From Myxococcota bacterium (lineage in GTDB: Bacteria > Myxococcota_A > UBA796 > CAJQPC01): DNA of 50,354 nt. Under the pieces are notes generated by a model. It was not told the origin of the DNA, made no database searches, and saw only the letters and a program-made list of their open reading frames with translations. How positions within the stretch are numbered: the stretch's first letter is position 1; each line of letters opens with the position of its first letter. The DNA is taken from assembly GCA_036229005.1 (NCBI GenBank), contig JAZAMN010000012.1, forward strand, positions 1-50,354, read 5' to 3'. The position numbers were made by a program, and so were the translations under genes. This document shows positions 1-7,320 of this stretch, piece by piece.

Positions 1-29
1 ACCTTCGGTCCCGGGCGACCCGACCCCTG

Positions 30-195
30 CTCTCCGGCGCGGGGGGGCGGCCCCCCCCCCCCCCACGCCTCCGGCGTCCCCCCGGGGACTGCTCCAGCAG
101 TCCCGTCCTGCCGGCTCTCTCTACGCTCAAGCGGACCGGCAGGACCGCTGCGGCTCCTACGTCCATTTCCCGCGTCAGAACGGCTCCGGAGCCGC
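30..195. repeat. Multi-hairpin intergenic repeat, copy 1
   Basis: 65-157 matches 236-328 at 90/93 nt. Stacked hairpins: acgcc-tcc-ggcgt, gggactgc-N4-gcagtccc, gtcctgccgg...ccggcaggac. A 23-nt insert (158-180) is flanked by duplicated cggctcc; C14 run at 51-64. Confidence 0.85.
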
Positions 196-207
196 ACCAC
201 CAGTCAT

Positions 208-336
208 CTCTCTGGCGGGGGGCCGGCCCCCCGCAACGCCTCCGGCGTCCCCCCGGGGACTGCTCTCGCAGTCCCGTCCTGCCGGCTCTCTCTCCGCTCA
301 AGCGGACCGGCAGGACCGCTGCGGCTCCGGAGCCGC
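208..336. repeat. Multi-hairpin intergenic repeat, copy 2, abutting the dnaE2 start
   Basis: Direct repeat of copy 1 (offset 171). Ends in the palindrome gcggctccggagccgc (321-336), which contains GGAG 6 nt before the ATG at 339. Confidence 0.85.
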
Positions 337-338
337 CG

Positions 339-3300
339 ATGACCTACGCGGAGCTCTGCTGCCAGACCGCCTTCTCCTTCCACGAGGGCGCCTCCATGCC
401 CGAGGAGCTGGTGCCGCGCGCGCACGAGCTCGGCCTGGCGGGGCTGGGGGTGGTGGACCGGGACGGGGTCTACGGGATGGTGCGCGCTTGGAAGAAGGCC
501 AAGGAGCACCCCATCCCCGTGCTCCACGGCGCCACCCTGAGCGTGCTGGACCCGCGCGTGGGGGAGCTGACCGGCCCCCCCGACGCCAAGGGGCCCGACC
601 GCAGCGGCATCCTGGAGCTGCCCGTGCTGGCCATGGACGCCCAGGGCTGGGCCTCCCTCTCCGAGCTGCTCAGCCTCTCCCGACATGAGCAACCCAAGGG
701 CAGCGGGCTGCTCCGCCTGGAGCAGGTGCTGGAGCACCACCCCGGGCTGCTCGTGATGGCCGATGGGCGCTGGCCCGTGGGGCTGATCGCCCAGCTCCGG
801 GAGGGCTTCGGGGCCGCGCGCACCCGCCTGCTCACCCACCGCCTCCACCAACCTCAGGACAAGCGCCTGGAGCGGCAGGTGATGGAGAGCGCCCGGGCGC
901 TGGACCTGGACATCCTCGCCACCAACCGGGTGCTGCTGCACGACGCCTCCCGCAAGCCGCTGCAGGACGTGCTGACCTGCATCCGCAACCGCCTCCCCCT
1001 GCACCAGGCCGGGCGCCGCCTGCTGCCCAACGCGGAGCGCCGCCTGCGCGCCCCGGAGCACATGGCCCGGCGCTTCGCCGACCAACCCCAGTGGCTGCGC
1101 AACACCCTGCCCGTCGCCGAGATGTGCCGCTTCCGCCTGGACCAGCTTCGCTACACCTACCCGGAAGAGGTCGTCCCCCCCGGACACAGCCCAATGTCCT
1201 GGCTGCGGGAGCTCACCGAGCAGGGCCTGCGCTGGCGCTTCCCCGACCACATCCCCGACTCCGTGCGCGCCCAGGCCAACCACGAGCTCCAGCTCGTGCA
1301 GGAGCTGGGCTTCCCCGCCTACTTCCTGACCGTCTACGACGCCGTGCGCTTCGCCCGGGAGCGCGGCATCCTCTGCCAGGGCCGGGGGAGCGCGGCCAAC
1401 TCGGTGATCTGCTACGCGCTGGGCATCACAGCGGTCAACCCCAGCCGCCAGCGCGTGCTCTTCGAGCGCTTCCTGTCCAAGGAGCGGGGCGAGCCCCCCG
1501 ACATCGACGTCGACTTCGAGCACGAGCGCCGGGAGGAGGTCCTCCAGTACCTCTACGACAAGTACGGCCGGCACCGGGCGGCCATGGTCAACGAGATCAT
1601 CAGCTACCGCAGCCGCTCCGCCATCCGCGACGTCGGCAAGGTCCTGGGCCTGTCCGTGGACCAGGTCGACCGCCTGGCCAAGACCCTGGACTGGCGGGAC
1701 AAGGAGCTGCTGGCCGAGCGCCTCAAGGAGGCCGGCATGAAGCCGGAGGACCCGCGCATCGAGCCCCTCTTCGAGCTGGTGGAGCAGATTCAGGGCTTCC
1801 CCCGCCACCTGTCCATCCACACCGGCGGCTTCGTGATCTCCAACGACAGCCTGCGGGACCGCTGCCCCATCGAGCCCGCCGCCATGGACAAGCGCACGGT
1901 GATCCAGTGGGACAAGGACGACATCGACGCCGTGGGCTTCGTCAAGGTCGACTGCCTGTCCCTGGGCATCCTCACGGCCATCCGCAAGTGCTTCCAGCTC
2001 GTGGAGCGGCACCACGGCCAGAGCCTCACCCTGGCCACCGTTCCGTCAGAGGACCCCTTCGTCTACGAGATGATCTCCCGCGCCGACACCATGGGGGTGT
2101 TCCAGATCGAGTCCCGCGCGCAGATGTCCATGCTGCCGCGCCTGCGCCCCCGCTGCTTCTACGACCTGGTCATCGAGGTCAGCATCGTGCGCCCCGGCCC
2201 CATCCAGGGCGGCATGGTCCACCCCTACCTGGAGCGCCGCAGCGGGGCCCAGCCCGTCACCTACGCCCACCCCGATCTGGAGCCCATCCTGGCCCGCACC
2301 CTGGGGGTCCCCATCTTCCAGGAGCAGGTCATGGAGATGGCCATGGTGGTGGGCGGCTTCTCCCCCGGAGAGGCCGACGAGCTCCGCCGCGCCATGGGGG
2401 CCTGGCGCAAGCGCGGGGGCCTGCAGGAGCTGGTCGACCGCCTCAAGGGCAACATGGTGGCCCGCGGCCTGGAGCAGTCCTACGCCGAGCAGGTCGCCAA
2501 GCAGATCATCGGCTTCGGCGAGTACGGCTTCCCCGAGTCCCACGCCGCCAGCTTCGCCCTGCTGGTCTACGTGTCCTGCTACCTCAAGGCCTACTTCCCC
2601 GCGGCCTGGTGCGCAGCGCTGCTCAACAGCCAGCCCATGGGCTTCTACAGCCCCCGCAGCCTGCTCACCGGAGCCCGGGACCACGGCGTGACCATCCGCG
2701 GCGCGCAGGTCAACCACTCCGACTGGGACAACACCCTGGAGCCCCTGCAGGGCCAGGATCCCCGCGCCTACGGCCGCCGAGGTGCCCCCGCCGGGGGCGT
2801 CGCCATCCGGGTGGGCCTCCGCCAGCTCGCCGGCCTGGGAGAGGACGCCGGCCGCGCCATCGAGAGCGCCCGCCAGGAGGGCCCCTTCACCTCCGTCGCC
2901 GACCTCGCCCGCCGCACCGGACTGGGCCGCCGCTCCCTGCTCGCCCTGGCCCAGGCCGACGCCTTCGCCTGCCTGGACATCCCCCGCCGCCAGGCCTGCT
3001 GGCAGGTCGAGGGCCTCTGGTCCCAGGACACCCCGCTGCTCGCCGGCCTCCAGAGCGCCGACCGCGGCACCCAGCTCCCCAAGCCCAGCCCCTACCAGGA
3101 CGTGCAGCAGGACTTCCTGGCCATGGGCTTCTCTCTGGACAAGCACCCCCTGGGCCTCGCGCGCGCCTGGCTGGACAAGCGCAAGGTCACCCGCATCCTG
3201 GACCTCCACAACCACGACGCCGGGGACCGCGTGCAGATCGCCGGGCTCGTGGTCAACCGCCAGCGCCCGGGCACCGCCAAGGGCGTGACCTTCATGACCC

Positions 3301-3500
3301 TGGAGGACGAGACCGGCATGGCCAACCTCGTGGTCTGGCCCAAGCTCTACGACAAGCAGCGCCAGGTGATCCGGGGGCAACAGCTCGTGATGGTCCGGGG
3401 TCGGCTTCAGCGGGAGAGCGACGCAACGTCCATCCTCGCAGAGAGCTTCCAACCCCTCCCCATCGGAGCCGTCCGCGCAAAGAGCAGGGACTTCCGGTGA
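339..3500 (+). CDS. dnaE2: Error-prone DNA polymerase III alpha subunit (DnaE2/ImuC)
   Basis: 1053 aa. N-terminal YAEL..TAFSF.EGAS, GRGSAANS, PPDIDVDFEHERREEV, YGFPESHAASFA, LLNSQPMGFY, RQRPGTAKGVTF and the DnaE2-specific C-terminal SRDFR. Confidence 0.96.
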   Translation: MTYAELCCQTAFSFHEGASMPEELVPRAHELGLAGLGVVDRDGVYGMVRAWKKAKEHPIPVLHGATLSVLDPRVGELTGPPDAKGPDRSGILELPVLAMDAQGWASLSELLSLSRHEQPKGSGLLRLEQVLEHHPGLLVMADGRWPVGLIAQLREGFGAARTRLLTHRLHQPQDKRLERQVMESARALDLDILATNRVLLHDASRKPLQDVLTCIRNRLPLHQAGRRLLPNAERRLRAPEHMARRFADQPQWLRNTLPVAEMCRFRLDQLRYTYPEEVVPPGHSPMSWLRELTEQGLRWRFPDHIPDSVRAQANHELQLVQELGFPAYFLTVYDAVRFARERGILCQGRGSAANSVICYALGITAVNPSRQRVLFERFLSKERGEPPDIDVDFEHERREEVLQYLYDKYGRHRAAMVNEIISYRSRSAIRDVGKVLGLSVDQVDRLAKTLDWRDKELLAERLKEAGMKPEDPRIEPLFELVEQIQGFPRHLSIHTGGFVISNDSLRDRCPIEPAAMDKRTVIQWDKDDIDAVGFVKVDCLSLGILTAIRKCFQLVERHHGQSLTLATVPSEDPFVYEMISRADTMGVFQIESRAQMSMLPRLRPRCFYDLVIEVSIVRPGPIQGGMVHPYLERRSGAQPVTYAHPDLEPILARTLGVPIFQEQVMEMAMVVGGFSPGEADELRRAMGAWRKRGGLQELVDRLKGNMVARGLEQSYAEQVAKQIIGFGEYGFPESHAASFALLVYVSCYLKAYFPAAWCAALLNSQPMGFYSPRSLLTGARDHGVTIRGAQVNHSDWDNTLEPLQGQDPRAYGRRGAPAGGVAIRVGLRQLAGLGEDAGRAIESARQEGPFTSVADLARRTGLGRRSLLALAQADAFACLDIPRRQACWQVEGLWSQDTPLLAGLQSADRGTQLPKPSPYQDVQQDFLAMGFSLDKHPLGLARAWLDKRKVTRILDLHNHDAGDRVQIAGLVVNRQRPGTAKGVTFMTLEDETGMANLVVWPKLYDKQRQVIRGQQLVMVRGRLQRESDATSILAESFQPLPIGAVRAKSRDFR

Positions 3501-3551
3501 CAGCGAGGACAGGCTGACCCGATCCAAGCCCCCTCCGGGGAGCCCCGCAGC

Positions 3552-3579
3552 TTGACACATTGCCGTCACACGTTAAGAG
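3552..3579 (+). promoter_or_regulatory. Putative sigma70 promoter overlapping a TGAC-N8-GTCA palindrome
   Basis: Perfect TTGACA at 3552-3557 and weak -10 TAAGAG at 3574-3579 (16-nt spacer), in a locally AT-richer patch. Confidence 0.4.
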
Positions 3580-3665
3580 GGCCGAAATTCGAAGTAATTC
3601 GAGCGCGGGTTGATCCCGCCGACCACGCCGGACGAGGTCCGTGGCGGCTGTCCAGTGACAAGCCC
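3579..3665 (+). ncRNA. Candidate structured leader RNA or sRNA
   Basis: Closing stem gggc/gccc encloses hairpins tcgaa-GTAA-ttcga, gcggg-TTGAT-cccgc, ccac..ggac-gag-gtcc-gtgg and tgtc-cagt-gaca. Confidence 0.35.
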
Positions 3666-3718
3666 CTCCCGGCGTGCTCCCCAATCCACGGCGCCCTCCT
3701 TCCAGAGCGGAGCGCCAC

Positions 3719-4294
3719 ATGCTCACCCTCCTCAGTGCACTCGCGTGCATGCAGCAGCCCATCGAGACCGACAGCACCCAGCAGGCCCTGGCGATTCACC
3801 CCCAGGACGACGCAGTGCTGACCTTCCTCAACGACCACCAGACCGACTTCCTGGTCCTGGACGACAAGGTGGGGCTCAACGCCCGCGCCGCCAAGCAGAT
3901 CGTCGTCTACCGGGACGGCCCGGACTGGAAGCCCCTCACGGCCGACGACCAGCCCATCTTCAGCATCCAGGAGCTCCTGGACATCGAGGGCGTGGGGGAG
4001 TCCACCCTGTGGGACCTCCGCCGCTACGTCGTTGACCCCCAGGACGGCTGGGTGGTCGAGGGCGTGCCCTTCTCCGACGAGCAGGCGGACGCCACCGTCG
4101 AGTACGTCAACAGCGCCAGCGCGCAGCAGCTCCGCGAGCTGGAGCTGCGTCAGGACGCCCTGGTCACCGTGCTCGACGAGCGCCCCTACAGCCACGTCCT
4201 GGACCTGGCCGAGGGCTACGGCATCGGCCCGGCCACCCTGACCCTGCTCCGGGACGAGGCCCTGCCCCAGTGGCCGGAAGAGCCCGCACCCTGA
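3719..4294 (+). CDS. Exported helix-hairpin-helix (ComEA-like) protein, probable lipoprotein
   Basis: ATG 3719 with upstream GGAG; LSALAC signal; two HhH-like motifs (ELLDIEGVGESTL, DLAEGYGIGPATL). Confidence 0.7.
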   Translation: MLTLLSALACMQQPIETDSTQQALAIHPQDDAVLTFLNDHQTDFLVLDDKVGLNARAAKQIVVYRDGPDWKPLTADDQPIFSIQELLDIEGVGESTLWDLRRYVVDPQDGWVVEGVPFSDEQADATVEYVNSASAQQLRELELRQDALVTVLDERPYSHVLDLAEGYGIGPATLTLLRDEALPQWPEEPAP

Positions 4295-4315
4295 GCGTCG
4301 GATAGCCCTGGGGGC

Positions 4316-5506
4316 ATGCGCTCCCTCTGGCTCGACCTCCCGCACACGCCCTCGCCCGCGCCCACCGCGGATCTCCACGCTGACGTCGTGGTGATCGGGG
4401 GTGGGCTCTGCGGCCTCTCCACCACCTGGCACCTGGCCCAAGCCGGGGTCTCGGTGATCTGCCTGGAGGCCAACACCCTCGCCTCCTCGGCGACCGGGCG
4501 GAACGCGGGCTTCATCCTGCAGGGCACCGCGGAGCGCTACGACCGCGCCGTGGCCGTGATGGGCCGGGAGCGCGCCCGCGCTGTGCACGCGCTGAGTGTG
4601 GACAACCACCGGGCCATGGCCGAGGCCATTCAGCGCCTGGGCCTGGACTGCGCCTACCGCAAGCGCGGCTCCCTGCAGCTCGCCTCCAGCCCCGAGGAGG
4701 AGGCCGAGCTCACCCACGCCGCCCAGCTCATGGTGGAGGACGGCTTCGAGGCCACGCTCTGGGGTCCCCAGGACCTGCCCGAGGTGCTCCAGAGTGGCGC
4801 GCACCGCCTGGGCGTCTTCCTGCCCCAGGACGGCGAGGTGCACCCAGTCCGCTTCTCCCGCGGGTTGGCCAGCGCGGCGGTCCAGGCGGGCGCGCGCATC
4901 CACGAACACAGCCCCGTGCAGCACCTGGACGCCAGCCAGGCCGGCGACGTCCGCGTCCAGCTCGACAGCGGCGTGCAGGTGCGCGCGCAGCTCGCGGTCC
5001 TCGCCACAAACGCAAGGGCCGGGGAGCTCTCGGGCTACCTGAGTGACAAGGTGGAGCCGGTGCGTGGGCAGATGCTCGCCAGCGCTCCCCTCCCCCAGCG
5101 CTTCCCCCAGCCCATCTACGCCAACCATGGCTACGACTACTGGCGGCAGACCCCCGATGGCCGGGTCGTGCTCGGCGGCTGGCGCAACCTGGATCCCCAG
5201 ACCGAGGTCGGCCACGCCCAGCGCCTGCACCCGGGCATCCAGGAGCGCATGACGGACTTCCTGCGGCGCTTCGCCTGGGGCCAGGAGCTGGAGATCACCC
5301 ACCGCTGGAGCGGCACCATGGGCTTCTCCCGCGACGGTCAGCCTCTGGTCGGCGCCCTCCCCGGTCAGCCGGGCGCGCTCTGCGGCGTGGGCTTCACCGG
5401 GCACGGCTTCGGCTTCGCGTTCCTGGCCGGCCAGGCCCTGTCCGCGCTGGTGGTGGACGGTGAGCACCCCATGAGCCGCTGGCTCTCCCCCCGCCGCTTC
5501 CTCTGA
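4316..5506 (+). CDS. FAD-dependent oxidoreductase (DAO/PuuB-like family)
   Basis: VVVIGGGLCGLS Rossmann motif, ATGRNAG, WSGTMGFSRDGQPLVG, GFTGHG. Confidence 0.88.
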   Translation: MRSLWLDLPHTPSPAPTADLHADVVVIGGGLCGLSTTWHLAQAGVSVICLEANTLASSATGRNAGFILQGTAERYDRAVAVMGRERARAVHALSVDNHRAMAEAIQRLGLDCAYRKRGSLQLASSPEEEAELTHAAQLMVEDGFEATLWGPQDLPEVLQSGAHRLGVFLPQDGEVHPVRFSRGLASAAVQAGARIHEHSPVQHLDASQAGDVRVQLDSGVQVRAQLAVLATNARAGELSGYLSDKVEPVRGQMLASAPLPQRFPQPIYANHGYDYWRQTPDGRVVLGGWRNLDPQTEVGHAQRLHPGIQERMTDFLRRFAWGQELEITHRWSGTMGFSRDGQPLVGALPGQPGALCGVGFTGHGFGFAFLAGQALSALVVDGEHPMSRWLSPRRFL

Positions 5507-5539
5507 GCACACCGCCTGATTCCGCCGGTCCCCGGAGGG

Positions 5540-6100
5540 CTAGCCCGGGTCGGGCACACACTGCCAGGCCGCGCCCGCCCCCAGCAGGAACCAGCACAGA
5601 CGCGGGCCCCGGTCCACCAGCAGCAGCTCCCCCGCCGGGAGCTCAAAGAGCGCCTCGGCCTCACCGGCAGGCAGGCTCCAGCGCCCAGTCCCACAAGTGA
5701 CCTCCAGCGTCCTCCCGCTGGAGTCCGCCCGCAGCGTCCCACAGGCCGCGCCCTCCCAGTGTGCGCGCTGCCCGCTCCCCCACATCTGCCGCTGCGCCAG
5801 GGGGAGCCCGCGGGCGTCCTCCAGGCCCACCAGCCCCCAGGCCCCCTCCGGTCCGACCTCGAGCCCGCAGTCCGGGACCCGGCTCCAGCCCTTGGGCGTG
5901 CCCCGCGGCACCTCGCAGGGGCCCAGATCCCCCTCAAAGACCAGGGGCAGATCGCGGGGGGCGCGGTGATCCAGGTAGACCCAGGTCCTCCCCCCCTCTT
6001 CTCCCTGGACCGCATAGGCGACCGAGGGCAGCGCCGGCTCTGGGGACGGAGGAGGTGGCGGCGGCGGGGCCGCGTGGATGCAGGAAAGGAGCAAGAGCAC
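5540..6100 (-). CDS. Hypothetical exported protein, possible lipoprotein
   Basis: GTG 6100 preceded by TACGCT; LLLLSC followed by a Pro-rich linker; fills the gap between neighbours. Start uncertain. Confidence 0.45.
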   Translation of the reverse strand: MLLLLSCIHAAPPPPPPPSPEPALPSVAYAVQGEEGGRTWVYLDHRAPRDLPLVFEGDLGPCEVPRGTPKGWSRVPDCGLEVGPEGAWGLVGLEDARGLPLAQRQMWGSGQRAHWEGAACGTLRADSSGRTLEVTCGTGRWSLPAGEAEALFELPAGELLLVDRGPRLCWFLLGAGAAWQCVPDPG

Positions 6101-6155
6101 GGCCCAGCGTAGCGCAACGCACACCCGCGGGGGGGACGCCGGGTTAGGGGCGCGC

Positions 6156-6758
6156 ATGTCCAAGCGCCTGACCGCAAGTCAACGACGCGCGCAGCTCATA
6201 GATGTGGGCCGCGGTGTCTTCGCCAAGAACGGCTACGAGGCCACCTCCGTCGAGGAGATCGCCCGCGCCGCTGGCGTGTCCAAGCCCATCGTGTATCAGC
6301 ACTTCGGGGGCAAGGAGGGCCTGCACGCCGTCATCGTCGACCGCGAGATGGAGCAGGTCGTGGACTCCGTGGCCCGCGCCATCGCCAAGGGCTCCCCCCG
6401 CAGCCGCTTCCAGGCCGCCGTGCGCGCCTTCCTGGAGTACGTGCAGCAGCACCCTGACGGCTTCGTCGTGCTCGCCCGCGACACCCCCACCACCGGCGAC
6501 GGCATGAGCGCGGTGGTCGCCGACCTGGGGGAGCGCATCTCCCAGATCTTCGCCGGGGAGCTGGAGAAGGCCGGCCACAACGCCCGCCACGCCCCCATCT
6601 ACGCCCACGCGCTGATCGGCATGGTCACCGCGACGGGCCGCTGGTGGATGGAGCAGGACGGAGACTTCGACCTGGACGAGGTCGCCGCGCACGTGGCCGC
6701 CCTGGGGTGGATGGGTCTGCGCCACCTGCCCGATGCCCCGGACCCCGTGCCCACCTGA
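6156..6758 (+). CDS. TetR/AcrR family transcriptional regulator
   Basis: FAKNGYEATSVEEIARAAGVSKPIVYQHFGGKEGL helix-turn-helix. Confidence 0.92.
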   Translation: MSKRLTASQRRAQLIDVGRGVFAKNGYEATSVEEIARAAGVSKPIVYQHFGGKEGLHAVIVDREMEQVVDSVARAIAKGSPRSRFQAAVRAFLEYVQQHPDGFVVLARDTPTTGDGMSAVVADLGERISQIFAGELEKAGHNARHAPIYAHALIGMVTATGRWWMEQDGDFDLDEVAAHVAALGWMGLRHLPDAPDPVPT

Positions 6759-6844
6759 ACAGGCCGCCCCGCGTTCAGGCCGCCCAGCCTTCAGGCCCCC
6801 CAAGTTCAGGAGAGCAGCGCGTTCAGGACAGCAACGTGCTCAGG
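6754..6844. repeat. Degenerate GTTCAGG repeats between convergent genes
   Basis: GTTCAGG-like heptamers at 6773, 6789, 6804, 6821 and 6838 (15-17 nt period), plus inverted CCTGAAC at 6754. Confidence 0.55.
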
Positions 6845-7320
6845 ACCGCGTAGACCAGGGCCGCCGCGAAACCCAGGATCACCGCCCAGACCCAGGGGCC
6901 CAAGCGCCCGTCTGCTGCCGCTGTCGCCCGCGAGGAATCCACGACCAGGACCAGGCGCCCCGGCGCCCCCTGACGCAGCCGCCAGCCCTCGCGCTCGGCC
7001 GCCTCCTCCAGCGTGTCCCAGACCGCCTCCCGCAGCGGGGAGCGACCGTCCACGTTGTGTCGGCCCTTGCCGGTGATCCAGACCAGCGCGCCCCCGCGCA
7101 GCGCCGGGGTGACCTCGACTGCGCGCTCCACTGCAGAGATGGCCAGGCGCACCGAGAGGTCGTGGAGGTCTACCGTCAGCGTGCCGTGCTCCACGAACAC
7201 ATGGCTCTCCGGAGACCACAGCCGCTCCTTGGCCCAGGGGAGCTTGCGGGCCTGCTCCGAGATCCCCCGCAGGGCCGCGCGCAGCTCACGCAGATCGCCG
7301 GAGAGGTCCACCGGGGCCAT
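6823..7320 (-). CDS. Smr (small MutS-related) domain protein with C-terminal TM helix
   Basis: VDLHDL, ITGKGRHN, LREAV Smr motifs; hydrophobic tail WVWAVILGFAAALVYAVL. Confidence 0.8.
   Translation of the reverse strand: MAPVDLSGDLRELRAALRGISEQARKLPWAKERLWSPESHVFVEHGTLTVDLHDLSVRLAISAVERAVEVTPALRGGALVWITGKGRHNVDGRSPLREAVWDTLEEAAEREGWRLRQGAPGRLVLVVDSSRATAAADGRLGPWVWAVILGFAAALVYAVLSTLLS

Noticed and set aside
1091..3517. 808-aa alternate-frame ORF inside dnaE2
   Set aside because: Arg/Pro/Gly-rich off-frame translation typical of high-GC DNA.
3579..3665. tRNA gene
   Set aside because: Cloverleaf-like, but lacks the TTCRA T-loop, D-loop GG, 7-bp acceptor stem and CCA.
6755..6779. Myxococcus-type LexA box
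   Set aside because: The CTGAAC and GTTCAG half-sites are 12 nt apart rather than about 4, and lie between gene 3' ends, not in a promoter.
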